Assembly (NCBI GenBank): GCA_041164325.1
Contig: JBEAPQ010000009.1
Span: 1 to 46,699, forward strand
DNA length: 46,699 nt
Direction of reading: 5' to 3'
Source: Planctomycetota bacterium
GTDB taxonomy: Bacteria; Planctomycetota; UBA1135; UBA2386
Shown here: positions 18,317 through 27,745 of the stretch, piece by piece
Numbering within the stretch: position 1 is the stretch's first letter
How the letters are laid out: each line of letters opens with the position of its first letter
Program-made: the position numbers and the translations under genes
Notes under the pieces: model-generated
Database searches by the model: none
Seen by the model: only the letters and a program-made list of their open reading frames with translations
Told to the model about the DNA's origin: nothing

Positions 18317-20056
18317 ATGCGTATCGCCCTTTCGCGCGTCCTTGCCTCTGCGGTGCTGGCCACCGCGTGCGCCGGTCCGAGACCGCCCGAAACCGCGTGG
18401 CCCCAGGCGGGCGGCCCGCACGGAACCTGGACGCTTCCCGAGGCCACGGCGCCGACGTCGTTCAGCGTGGATCGGGGCGATGCCATCGCGTGGAAGACCA
18501 CGCTGCCGACCGCGGGCCAGAGTGGCATCTGCGTCGCGGGCGGGCGCCTGTACCTGACGTGCCTCGCGCCGTGGGAACCCGGGACACCCGTCACGCCGCG
18601 CCTGCCGCTCTCGACGGACGTGATCGGCCTCTGCGTCGACGCGGACACGGGTGTCATCCTCTGGCAGATCGACATCCCGGGGACGGTCGGGAGTCCGAAC
18701 CTCTACGCGTATTCCGACTCATCGTCTCCGACTCCGTGCACCGACGGCGAGCGGATCTTCTTCGTCAACGCCAGCGGCGGCATCGCCTGCTGCACGCCGG
18801 AGGGCGAGGTGCTGTGGCGGCGCTCGTGGACGCCTTGGGGGAACCGCGAGGGCTACCCGTTCAACAAGCAGTTCGAGCCGTTCGTCGCGGGGCACTGCCT
18901 CGTCAATCTCGAGCCCCGGGACGACGGTGACCCCCGCGCGGCCAAGGGTTGGAACTTCCTGCGCGGCCTCGACGCCGCCACGGGCGCGACCCGCTGGATC
19001 GCCGACGATGCGACGACGACCTACAACACGCCGACCCTCGGGCGCACGGCCGGAGGAGAGCTCGCCATCGTCCATGGCCGCGGCGGATGGCACGGTGTCC
19101 CGGAAGAACCGGTCGGACTCAGCATGACGCGCGCGACCGGGACCGGAGCCGGCTCTACCGTCTGGCGCTACGTCGCGTCCACGGGCGCCGATGGCCAGCC
19201 GCTGACCGATCCTGGGACGCTGCACGCCCCGACCTGGCAAGCGCTCTACGTCCAGCACTGGGATGAGGACCGCGTGACGTGGTTCGTCCACAACCCGATC
19301 GAGAGCCATCTCCTCATCGACGCGCAAACAGGCCTCGAGATCGCGCGACAGCCCCTGGGCTCGCACGTCGACTGGTGGGACTTCGACCAGGCGGCCGGCA
19401 CCTACACCGCGCGCCTCGGCGTCGATCTCCGGACGCAGCGCGACGACGCGCCGCGGATGGCGTTCGACCCGGACGAACACACACTGGTCGTCCACCCCGC
19501 GTGGCACTGCAACGTGGTCACCCACGGCTACCACTGGTTCCTCTGCAGCACCGCCCACGGGCGGAACGCCGCGCCGAACCCCACCCGCCCCGGCACGCGC
19601 GGCCTGGCGGGGCCGGCCCACTGCGTCGGTCGCGTGCACCTGGAAACGGGCCGCGTCGAGTACCTCGAACTTCCGGTCGAGGTGCGCCACGCCCCGCAGG
19701 ATCGGACCGCGTGGACCTACGGAACGGCCCAACGCACGTCGACACACGACGCGCGCGGCATCGACGCCGCCGCCGAGGACCGCTCGCGGACCGACGGCTG
19801 GCAGATCCCGGCGTTCTGGGCCAGCCCGATCGCGGTCGGGGACGCCGTCTACTTCACGACCACCCAGGGCCTCGTCTACGTCCTCGATGCGACGGCCTCC
19901 CGTCTCGATCCTTCCGCCTTGCTGTCCGTGTCCGATCTCGGAGCGCAGGGTGAGACGTGGGCGATGGGCAACCTCGCGACCGACGGTCGCGGGTCCCTCT
20001 TCGCCCGCACCGCCAAGGAACTGATCCGTATCCGCCAACCGAACGGAGACCGATGA
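18317..20056 (+). CDS. PQQ-like (BamB-type) beta-propeller repeat lipoprotein
   Basis: The lipobox-like signal is AVLATAC. Recurrent propeller strands are GGRLYLTC, ERIFFVNASGGIACCTPEGEVLWRRSW, LRGLDAATGATRW and AVYFTTTQGLVYVLDA. Confidence 0.7.
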   Translation: MRIALSRVLASAVLATACAGPRPPETAWPQAGGPHGTWTLPEATAPTSFSVDRGDAIAWKTTLPTAGQSGICVAGGRLYLTCLAPWEPGTPVTPRLPLSTDVIGLCVDADTGVILWQIDIPGTVGSPNLYAYSDSSSPTPCTDGERIFFVNASGGIACCTPEGEVLWRRSWTPWGNREGYPFNKQFEPFVAGHCLVNLEPRDDGDPRAAKGWNFLRGLDAATGATRWIADDATTTYNTPTLGRTAGGELAIVHGRGGWHGVPEEPVGLSMTRATGTGAGSTVWRYVASTGADGQPLTDPGTLHAPTWQALYVQHWDEDRVTWFVHNPIESHLLIDAQTGLEIARQPLGSHVDWWDFDQAAGTYTARLGVDLRTQRDDAPRMAFDPDEHTLVVHPAWHCNVVTHGYHWFLCSTAHGRNAAPNPTRPGTRGLAGPAHCVGRVHLETGRVEYLELPVEVRHAPQDRTAWTYGTAQRTSTHDARGIDAAAEDRSRTDGWQIPAFWASPIAVGDAVYFTTTQGLVYVLDATASRLDPSALLSVSDLGAQGETWAMGNLATDGRGSLFARTAKELIRIRQPNGDR

Positions 20057-22215
20057 ACCCTGCCTTCCTGCGCCGCGCGCGCACGCTCCTTCCCCTGTTC
20101 CTGCTTGCCGCCTGCCAGAGCGGCCCCACCGTGGATTCCGCCGCTGCACACCCCGACCATCCCCTCCTCGCACCCTGGACCGGACCCTACGGCGGCGTGC
20201 CTGCGTTCGACCGGATGGACCTGGCGGCGCTACGGCCAGCGATCGAAGCAGGGATGGCTGAACACCTCGCCGAGATCGAGGCCATCGCCAACAGCGACAG
20301 CGCCCCGACGTTCGAGAACACGATCGTTGCGATGGAACGCGCCGGCGAGTCGCTCGACCGCGTGATGACCTACTACGGCATCTGGAGTTCGAATCTTTCC
20401 TCTCCGGAGTTCCGCGCGATCCAGGGCGAGATGGCGCCCGCGCTCGCCGCGCATCGTTCGAAGATCACGCAGAACGCCGCGCTGTTCGCGCGCATCCGCG
20501 CGGTGAAGGAATCCCCGTCGGTCGCTGACCTTCCCCAAGACGCCCAGCGACTCGTCGACCTCGTCTACAAGAGCTTCGCCAAGAACGGGGCGACCCTCGA
20601 GGGAGACGCCAAGACCCGCTACGCGGCGATCCAAGCCCGGCTGGCCGAGCTCTACACGAAGTTCTCGAACAACGTCCTCGCTGACGAGGAGGGCTACGTG
20701 ATGTTCCTCGACGAGGGCCAGCTCGGCGGGCTGCCCGGCGACTTCGTCGCTGCGGCCGCGCGTGCTGCAGCCAGTCGCGGGGAAGCAGGCCGCTACGCGA
20801 TCACCAACACGCGTTCGTCGATGGACCCGTTCCTGACGTTCTCCACCGAGCGCGCGCTCCGCGAGAAGGTCTGGCGGACCGACTACTCGCGCGCCGGAAA
20901 CGGCGACGAGCGCGACAACTACGCGGTGATCGCCGAGATCCTGCGCCTGCGTCACGAGCGCGTCGCCCTGCTCGGTTTCGACAACTACGCGGCCTGGCAG
21001 CTCCAGGACCGGATGGCCCAGGAGCCCGCGCGCGTCCGCGCACTCCTCGAGTCGGTCTGGCAGGCGTCCACGGCCCGCGTCGCCGAAGAGGTCGCCGACA
21101 TGCAGCAACTCGCCGACAGCGAGGGGGCCGCGATCACGATCGAGCCTTGGGACTACCGCTTCTACGCCGAGAAGGTCCGCCGCGCCCGCTACGCGCTCGA
21201 CTCGGGGGAAGTGAAGCAGTACCTGCAGCTCGACAAGCTCCGCGACGCGATGTTCTACGTCGCGGGTGAGGTGTTCGGCTTCCGCTTCACGCCGGTGCCG
21301 GCGGGCAGTGTTCCCACGTTCCACCCCGACGTCGAAGTCTTCGAGGTGACGCGGCGGGACGGCGGCGCACACGTCGGGCTCTTCTATCTCGACCCGTTCG
21401 CCCGCCCAGGCAAGCGGTCCGGCGCCTGGGCCACGACCTACCGGAGCCACACGAGCTTCGACGGTGAAGAGACGGTGCTCGCCGCCAACAACTCGAACTT
21501 CGTCGCCGGCAGTCCGGGCGAGCCGACGCTCGTCTCATGGGACGACGCGACGACCCTCTTCCACGAGTTCGGCCACGGTCTGCACTACCTGACGTCCGGC
21601 TGCGCCTACCCGTCCCTGAACGGGGGCGTGCGCGACTTCATCGAGTTCCAGTCCCAGCTGCTCGAACGCTGGCTGCTGTCGGACCGCGTGATCGAGAAGT
21701 TCCTCGTCCACCACGAGACCGGGCAGCCGATCCCTGCCGAGCTGGTCGCCAAGATCCGCAAGGCGTCGACGTTCAACCAGGGATTCGCGACGACCGAATA
21801 CCTGGCGTGCGCGTTGATGGACCTGGCGTTCCACACGGCGGACCCGACGAGCCTCGATCCGAAGGCCTTCGAGGCTGCGGAGCTCGGCCGCCTCGGGATG
21901 CCGACCGAACTCGTGATGCGGCACCGGACGCCGCACTTCGCGCACGTCTTCTCCGGCGAGGGCTACGCGACCGGCTACTACGGCTACATGTGGGCCGACG
22001 TGCTGACGGCGGACGCCGCCGAGGCCTTCGCCGAGGCCGAGGGTGGCTTCTTCGATGCCGAGGTCGCCGAGCGTCTCGTGACGAACCTGTTCGCTCCCGG
22101 CAACTCGATCGACCCGACGGTCGCCTATCGCTCGTTCCGCGGTCGCGACGCGCGGATCGACGCGCTGATGCGGGACCGTGGCTTCGCCGCCGGTCCCGGC
22201 GGCGGCGGCGACTGA
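20053..22215 (+). CDS. dcp: M3 family peptidyl-dipeptidase Dcp, lipoprotein
   Basis: ATG at 20053 overlaps the upstream stop as ATGA. The lipobox is LFLLAAC and the zinc motif is HEFGHGLH. Length and blocks are typical of M3A peptidases. Confidence 0.85.
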   Translation: MNPAFLRRARTLLPLFLLAACQSGPTVDSAAAHPDHPLLAPWTGPYGGVPAFDRMDLAALRPAIEAGMAEHLAEIEAIANSDSAPTFENTIVAMERAGESLDRVMTYYGIWSSNLSSPEFRAIQGEMAPALAAHRSKITQNAALFARIRAVKESPSVADLPQDAQRLVDLVYKSFAKNGATLEGDAKTRYAAIQARLAELYTKFSNNVLADEEGYVMFLDEGQLGGLPGDFVAAAARAAASRGEAGRYAITNTRSSMDPFLTFSTERALREKVWRTDYSRAGNGDERDNYAVIAEILRLRHERVALLGFDNYAAWQLQDRMAQEPARVRALLESVWQASTARVAEEVADMQQLADSEGAAITIEPWDYRFYAEKVRRARYALDSGEVKQYLQLDKLRDAMFYVAGEVFGFRFTPVPAGSVPTFHPDVEVFEVTRRDGGAHVGLFYLDPFARPGKRSGAWATTYRSHTSFDGEETVLAANNSNFVAGSPGEPTLVSWDDATTLFHEFGHGLHYLTSGCAYPSLNGGVRDFIEFQSQLLERWLLSDRVIEKFLVHHETGQPIPAELVAKIRKASTFNQGFATTEYLACALMDLAFHTADPTSLDPKAFEAAELGRLGMPTELVMRHRTPHFAHVFSGEGYATGYYGYMWADVLTADAAEAFAEAEGGFFDAEVAERLVTNLFAPGNSIDPTVAYRSFRGRDARIDALMRDRGFAAGPGGGGD

Positions 22216-22302
22216 CGGGATCGGTCCCCGCCGGCCATCCGGGACGCAGATTGATCCGCCCGCCCCGATCGTTTTGTGCGCGGCCCTCGCTAGGCTCTGG
22301 CG

Positions 22303-22683
22303 ATGCTCGACACCAAGCGCAAGGGCCTCTTCGGCAAGGTCGTCTACCACCTGACGGGGCGCATCGACAGCCAGACCGCCGAGCCCCTCTACGTGCAGAT
22401 CGTGGAGGCCGAGGGCTCCGGGCTGAAGTCCCTGACGCTCAACCTGGCAGGCGTCGACTTCGTCAGCAGTGCGGGGCTCCGCACGGTCATCAAGCTGACC
22501 CGATTCTGCAACGCGCAGGGCGCATCGTTCGCCGTGTCTTCGATGCAGCCCGGCGTCGCCAAGATCTTCGACATCGCCAAGGCGCTGCCGGAGACGGCTG
22601 TGTTCGTCGATGACGCGGAGGCCGACGCCTACTTCGAGACGATGGCCAAGCGGGCCAACCGCGGCACGAACGACGACGATTGA
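22303..22683 (+). CDS. STAS-domain anti-sigma-factor antagonist (SpoIIAA/RsbV-like)
   Basis: LTLNLAGVDFVSSAGLRTVIKL contains the conserved phosphorylatable-Ser context (DFVSSAGL). Confidence 0.85.
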   Translation: MLDTKRKGLFGKVVYHLTGRIDSQTAEPLYVQIVEAEGSGLKSLTLNLAGVDFVSSAGLRTVIKLTRFCNAQGASFAVSSMQPGVAKIFDIAKALPETAVFVDDAEADAYFETMAKRANRGTNDDD

Positions 22684-22725
22684 GCGGGCCGCTCGGCGAC
22701 CGCGAAGCGGCCGCCGGCAAGCACG

Positions 22726-24165
22726 TCAGAACCGCGCCTGGAGCAGCGAGAAGTCGTCCTCGAACGCGTCGCTCCCCTGGATGCCGCACATGGCCGCGTG
22801 GATCTCGCGCGGCCCGCCACCCTCGCTGACCACCTTGGTCAACACGTCGGCGAACTCGTCGAAGTCCATCCGGTTCTTCTCGTCGACCAGGACTTCGTAG
22901 ACGCCATCGCTGAACACGTGGAGCAGGGCTCCGGGCGGCACCGCGTCCTCCGCCTCCCGGTAGGCGAGGTCCTCGATCATCCCGATCAGCGGACCACCGC
23001 AGCGCAGGTCCGCGCGCGTGCCGTCGGGGTTCACGAGCACCGCCGCGTGGTGACCGCCGCTCGCGTGCCGCACGCTCCGGGACCGCGCGTCGTAGACGCC
23101 GTACCAGATCGTGAAGTACTTGTTGTCCTGCTGCTCCATCGGGAACGCCCGGTTCAGCCCCGCGAGGACGGCACCCGGCGAACCGAAGTCCGTGTCGGGC
23201 AGCGAATGCGCGCGGATCACGTTCATCGCGGACGTCGCAAGCAGCGCGGAGCCGACACCGTGGCCGCAGACGTCGAGCAGGTAGATCGCGAGGCGGTCGC
23301 CGTCGAGCCAGTGGTAGCCGAACGCATCCCCGCCGAGTGACGTCGACGGGACGTAGGTCCAGTCCACGCCGACGCGCGGATCGGTCATCGGTGCGGGAAG
23401 CAGGGACTCCACGTAGGCCGCCGCCTCCCCGAGCTCCGCCGCCAGCGCCTCCTGGCTCTTGACCAGCGCGTCGTAGGTGCGGCGTTCCTGGTCGCGCAGG
23501 TGCTTCTTCTCCAGCGAAGCCGCCACACGGGAGCGGAGCAGCGTCGGGTTGAAGGGCTTCGGCAGGTAGTCCTCGGCACCGGCATCGATGCAGCGCACGA
23601 CGCTCGCGAGCTTGTCGAGGGCCGAGACCATGATGACCGGCACGTGGCGCAGCTGCTCGTCGGACTTCATCCGCGTCAACACGCCGTAGCCATCGAGGCC
23701 CGGCATCATGATGTCGAGCAGCACGAGGTCGAACGACTCGGCCTCGAGCTGTCGGAGTGCGTCGAGCCCGTCGACGGCGGCGCCGACGACGTAGCCGTCC
23801 TTCTCGAGGCGACGCTGCAGGAGCTCCCGATTCGACTCCTTGTCGTCGACGACGAGCAGACGCGCGCCCGCGAACCGGGAGGGGCCCTTCGCCTCCTCCT
23901 CGACCACCGTCGGCAGCTCGCTCTCCGCGAGCCCTGCCGACTGGAACGCCTCCGAAGCCGCGCCTCCCGGGAGGAGCCGCGTGTTCACCGCCTCCAGCTG
24001 GGTGCGCGCAGCGGCGAGGATGCGCTGGACGTCCCCGGCGTCGACCGCAGCACCGTCTTCCAGGTCCTCGAGCAGCATCTCGGCATAGCCGATGATCTGG
24101 TTGAGAGGGGTCCGCAGGTCGTGGCGGAGTTTGGCCAGGGGATCGGGTGCTTCGTCCGTCATCAC
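22726..24165 (-). CDS. H-box (DHp-like) - receiver - PP2C/SpoIIE phosphatase fusion protein
   Basis: The N-terminus LAKLRHDLRTPLNQIIGYAEML is a histidine-kinase H-box with no ATPase domain. The receiver shows RLLVVDDKESN...LVLLDIMMPGLDG...YLPKPF. The PP2C part shows GGDAFGYHW...YLLDVCGHGVGSALLA...HVFSDG. Confidence 0.85.
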   Translation of the reverse strand: MMTDEAPDPLAKLRHDLRTPLNQIIGYAEMLLEDLEDGAAVDAGDVQRILAAARTQLEAVNTRLLPGGAASEAFQSAGLAESELPTVVEEEAKGPSRFAGARLLVVDDKESNRELLQRRLEKDGYVVGAAVDGLDALRQLEAESFDLVLLDIMMPGLDGYGVLTRMKSDEQLRHVPVIMVSALDKLASVVRCIDAGAEDYLPKPFNPTLLRSRVAASLEKKHLRDQERRTYDALVKSQEALAAELGEAAAYVESLLPAPMTDPRVGVDWTYVPSTSLGGDAFGYHWLDGDRLAIYLLDVCGHGVGSALLATSAMNVIRAHSLPDTDFGSPGAVLAGLNRAFPMEQQDNKYFTIWYGVYDARSRSVRHASGGHHAAVLVNPDGTRADLRCGGPLIGMIEDLAYREAEDAVPPGALLHVFSDGVYEVLVDEKNRMDFDEFADVLTKVVSEGGGPREIHAAMCGIQGSDAFEDDFSLLQARF

Positions 24166-24178
24166 ATCACCGGTGGGA

Positions 24179-24571
24179 TCAGCCCTTCTCCGGGACCGGA
24201 ACGCCGAGGCGCGCCAGTTGGGCCGCGATCTTCTCGGTCAGTCGCGCGAACTCGACCGGCTTGGTGTCGTAGTCGTCACAACCGGCTGCCAGACACTTCT
24301 CGCGATCGCCCGACATCGCGTGGGCCGTGAGCCCGATGATCCCGACCTTCGGTCCGAGGTCCGTGGCCTTGATCTGCCGCGTCGCCTCCCAGCCATCGAT
24401 GACCGGGAGGTCCATGTCCATCAGGATCACGGCCGGCGATTCCGTCGAGGCTTTCGCGACGCCTTCGCCGCCATCCACGGCGATGACGACTTCGTAGCCG
24501 CGGCGCACGAGCCGGCGGGACAGCATGTCCCGGTTCATCTCGTTGTCTTCGACGAGGAGGATCTTGGCCAT
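24179..24571 (-). CDS. Single-domain CheY-like response regulator
   Basis: MAKILLVEDNEMNRDML...VILMDMDLPVIDGWE...GLTAHAM...YDTKPV. Confidence 0.9.
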   Translation of the reverse strand: MAKILLVEDNEMNRDMLSRRLVRRGYEVVIAVDGGEGVAKASTESPAVILMDMDLPVIDGWEATRQIKATDLGPKVGIIGLTAHAMSGDREKCLAAGCDDYDTKPVEFARLTEKIAAQLARLGVPVPEKG

Positions 24572-24621
24572 CAGGGAGCTCTTCGACTGGGTGGATGTCC
24601 GGGAGGAGATCGGCGACCACG

Positions 24622-27273
24622 CTACTCGGAGCTGCCGTCCCCGCTCCCGATCATCGCGCGGATTCGCGCGACCAACTCGTCCTGGCGGAACGCCCCCTTG
24701 CGGAGCACGTCCTCGACCTTGCCGTGGAGCCGCTCGAAGTCCTCGGGCGTCAGCGACTTCGCGGTGACCACCAGCACCGGGATCTCGGCGCCGCGGTCGC
24801 TCTGCCGCAGCCGTTCGACGAAGTCGAAGCCGTCGACCCGCGGCATCATCAGGTCCAGCAGGATGAGCTGCGGCCGCTCCTCGGCGATCATGGCCAGCGC
24901 CTCCAGACCATCGACCGCCTCCCGCACCGGAAGACCGGTGCGCTGGACGACGCGGACGAGCATCTCGCGACTCGCCGGATCGTCCTCGACGACGAGGATC
25001 GGCTGCTCACCCCGCGGCGCATGCCGCGCGATCATCCCCTCGAGTCGGTCCCAATCGACCGGCTTGCGCATGTAGTCGGCCGCGCCCATCGCGAACCCGA
25101 GTTCCCGGTTCTCCAGCATCGTCGACAGGATCACGGGAATCGCGGCCAGCTCCGGATCGCCCTTCAGCTCGGCGAGCACGGACCAACCGTCCCGCCCGGG
25201 CATCATCACGTCGAGCAGGATGACGTGCGGATGCCATGCACGGGTCAGCTCGATGCCGGCGTCGCCGCTGGCCGCGCCGCGCACCTCGAAGCCCTCTCGG
25301 ATCAGGTTGCGCGCGACGAGTTCCCGAGCGTGGGGGTCGTCGTCGATGACCAGCACCCGCGCGAGCCCGGCGACCGCGGCCTGGCCGTTCGATGCGGCGC
25401 CGTCCGCCGCAAGACCGCTCGCCTCTTCTGCGTCGGGGCCTTCGTCCGTAGGGGACGGAACCACCACGCGAGGGAGGTCGACCGTGAACGCACTGCCCTT
25501 GCCCACCTCGCTCTCGACGGTGATGTCCCCGCCCATCATCCGGCAGAACGTCCGGCTGATCGCGAGTCCGAGACCCGTGCCTCCATACTTGCGGGTCGTC
25601 GACGAGTCGGCCTGGACGAAGGCCTCGAAGAGCTTCGCCATCTGGTCAGGCGTCATCCCGATGCCGCTGTCCTCGACGACGAAGCCAACGCGGTCCTCCT
25701 GCGCGCGAACGACGAGTCGGACCACCCCGCTGTCGGTGAACTTGGTCGCGTTGCTCAGCAGGTTGAGCAGCGCTTGCCGTGTCTTGACGACGTCCGCATG
25801 CATCCGACCGGCCGCTTCGGCGCCGACCACTTCGAGCTGGTTGCCGTTCTTCTGGACCAGCGGCTGGATCGTCGCAACGACGTCGGCCACCAGTTCGGCG
25901 ACTTCGAAGTCCTCGACGTGGATCGACATCCGGCCGGCCTCGATCTTCGACAGGTCGAGGACGTCGTTGATCAGCGAAAGGAGGTGCTTGCCGGCCGAGT
26001 GGATCTTCTGGAGGTCGGCCCGGGTCTCGTCGGGCTCCATCTCCTCGACTTCCTCGATCAGCATCTCGCTGTAGCCGATGATCGCGTTCATCGGCGTGCG
26101 AAGCTCGTGGCTCATGTTGGCGAGGAACGCACTCTTCGTGCGGCTCGCCTGCTCGGCGGCGACCTTGGCCTCCTCGGCGCGGCTGCGGGCCTCCTCGGCT
26201 TCGGCGCGACTCGCACGGGCCAGACCCAGTGCGTCCGTCAGCCGTCCCGCAAGACGCCAAGAGACGGCCAGCACGAGGACCAGGATCAGGACCAGGATGC
26301 CGAGCGACTCGCGCACGATCTGGAACGTCTCGGCCGAAAGGTCGGGGAGATAGGTGCTCGAGACGATCGTGAAGTTCCAGCCGGCCACGTCCGAGCGCAC
26401 GACCCGGTGCCCGTCGATCAAGAGCGGCGCTGCCTCGGGAGCCGCGAAGGGAGGCATCTCGACCATCTGGGCCGGGAGCTGTGCCGCCACCCCGGGATCG
26501 AGGTGCTCCGATGCGTAGAGCAGCTGACCCGACGCGCCGAGCAGGGCGACGAAGCCGCTCTCGAGGATCCGTGTGTCACGCAGCGACCGTGCGATCTGGT
26601 CGAGCGTCTCGATCGGGTAGCCGGCGTAGTAGGCGCCCACGGTGGTCCCGCCCTCACCCACGATCGGTGCGTAGTGGGTCGAGTAGGAACGCCCGAGGAT
26701 GTCGACGACACCCGTGAATGCCCTCCCTTCGCGGAGTTCGGCGATCGCCGGGCCCGCGCGGTCGAGGATCGTCGCCACGGCCCGCGTTCCATCGGCGTTC
26801 CGGACGTTGGTGCTGGCCCGGACGAAGTCGTCCCCGTCACGCACGAAGAGCGTGGCCGTGCCCTCCATCAGCGCGACGACGTCGTCGACGAGCGAGAAGT
26901 CCTCGTGCACGGCGACCGCCCCGAACAGCAGGGACGGAGCGCTCCGACGCAGGCCTGCCCCTCCGACCAACTCGACGCGGGGCCCGAGGCGCGGGGCGCC
27001 GAGCGCCAGCGCTTCGGCGCGGAGCACCGCCACCGAGGCCGTCGTCAGCCGTCGGTAGACCACGTCCGCCGCCTGGAGTTGGCCCTGGACCGCGGCGATG
27101 GTCCGGCCTGCCTCCTGCCGCGCCCGCTCTTCGAGGTCGGCCCGCACGCGCACGAAGCCGACGGCCGCCGCAGCGGCGACCAGGACGACGATCGCGCCGA
27201 ACCAGGCGAGCACACGGCGCCGAACGGCGGCCGCCTCGCCGGCAGGGGCACCCTGCGCTGCTGTGGGGTCCAT
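24622..27273 (-). CDS. Hybrid sensor histidine kinase: periplasmic Cache-type sensor, HisKA, HATPase, two receiver domains
   Basis: The Cache_3-Cache_2-like block is [26 protein letters not shown]...[27 protein letters not shown]. The H-box is [20 protein letters not shown], with DSGIGM and GGTGLGL. The two REC domains show VLVIDDDPH...[12 protein letters not shown] and ILVVEDDPA...[17 protein letters not shown] lies 9 nt upstream of the ATG. Confidence 0.9.
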   Translation of the reverse strand: MDPTAAQGAPAGEAAAVRRRVLAWFGAIVVLVAAAAAVGFVRVRADLEERARQEAGRTIAAVQGQLQAADVVYRRLTTASVAVLRAEALALGAPRLGPRVELVGGAGLRRSAPSLLFGAVAVHEDFSLVDDVVALMEGTATLFVRDGDDFVRASTNVRNADGTRAVATILDRAGPAIAELREGRAFTGVVDILGRSYSTHYAPIVGEGGTTVGAYYAGYPIETLDQIARSLRDTRILESGFVALLGASGQLLYASEHLDPGVAAQLPAQMVEMPPFAAPEAAPLLIDGHRVVRSDVAGWNFTIVSSTYLPDLSAETFQIVRESLGILVLILVLVLAVSWRLAGRLTDALGLARASRAEAEEARSRAEEAKVAAEQASRTKSAFLANMSHELRTPMNAIIGYSEMLIEEVEEMEPDETRADLQKIHSAGKHLLSLINDVLDLSKIEAGRMSIHVEDFEVAELVADVVATIQPLVQKNGNQLEVVGAEAAGRMHADVVKTRQALLNLLSNATKFTDSGVVRLVVRAQEDRVGFVVEDSGIGMTPDQMAKLFEAFVQADSSTTRKYGGTGLGLAISRTFCRMMGGDITVESEVGKGSAFTVDLPRVVVPSPTDEGPDAEEASGLAADGAASNGQAAVAGLARVLVIDDDPHARELVARNLIREGFEVRGAASGDAGIELTRAWHPHVILLDVMMPGRDGWSVLAELKGDPELAAIPVILSTMLENRELGFAMGAADYMRKPVDWDRLEGMIARHAPRGEQPILVVEDDPASREMLVRVVQRTGLPVREAVDGLEALAMIAEERPQLILLDLMMPRVDGFDFVERLRQSDRGAEIPVLVVTAKSLTPEDFERLHGKVEDVLRKGAFRQDELVARIRAMIGSGDGSSE

Positions 27274-27398
27274 GGTGGGAATCCTCCGGCGGCGGGAATC
27301 GCCTCCTGACCCGAACGCGCGTCGGGGCCTGGGCCGATCGTGTTCGCTCCGGTAGCTCTCCGCAAGGCACTGGGAATGCGGGCCCCCGCGGAGAGCCC

Positions 27399-27411
27399 AA
27401 GATCAAGATCT
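27399..27411. repeat. AT-rich tandem hexamer / palindrome AAGATCAAGATCT in a divergent intergenic region
   Basis: AAGATC occurs twice in tandem. AGATC-AA-GATCT is also a perfect 5-2-5 inverted repeat with two GATC sites. It is the most AT-rich spot in an otherwise GC-rich 196-nt divergent region. Confidence 0.4.
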
Positions 27412-27469
27412 GAACAAGCCATGGGAAGGCCCGGCCGGCTGCGGTCGGCGTCGCTATCGTCCGCCGGCC

Positions 27470-27733
27470 ATGGCGACGGATCGTGCCCCCAGCTTCTCGA
27501 TCCAGACACTCGGTGGAGCGGGCACGCCCACGGTCGTCGTCGCGGTCACGGGTCGCCTCGACGCCTCTTCCCGGATTCTGGCAGCCGTGAAGTGGACGCG
27601 CCCCCACGGCGGCGGTGTCACCCCGTCCGGCGCAAACCCGGCGATCCCGCAGCTGATCCAGATTGCGGGGCTGGAGCCGCTTCTCGAACTGGTGACATCC
27701 TCCGTCGGGGTCGACGGCATCCCCGGGGCCTGA
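27470..27733 (+). CDS. Small ORF (87 aa) with STAS-like N- and C-terminal segments; hypothetical
   Basis: GC3 is high. TPTVVVAVTGRLDASS resembles the STAS beta2-alpha1 region, and AIPQLIQIAGLEPLLEL resembles the STAS C-terminal helix. The central part is missing. The stop is 12 nt before the Na/Pi transporter start. Confidence 0.3.
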   Translation: MATDRAPSFSIQTLGGAGTPTVVVAVTGRLDASSRILAAVKWTRPHGGGVTPSGANPAIPQLIQIAGLEPLLELVTSSVGVDGIPGA

Positions 27734-27745
27734 CCGGGATCTCCG

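Noticed and set aside
22687-22712. Hairpin GGCCGCT-(12 nt)-AGCGGCC between the convergent STAS and PP2C genes, as a bidirectional terminator
   Set aside because: The stem is only 7 bp with a large 12-nt loop and no U-tract on either strand. That is too weak to call a feature, though it could be checked with 3'-end mapping.
24595-27309. 904-aa plus-strand ORF opposite the Cache hybrid histidine kinase
   Set aside because: The minus-strand kinase has full H, N and G boxes and two receiver domains. The plus-strand product has no domain signature and an Arg/Asp/His-rich composition.
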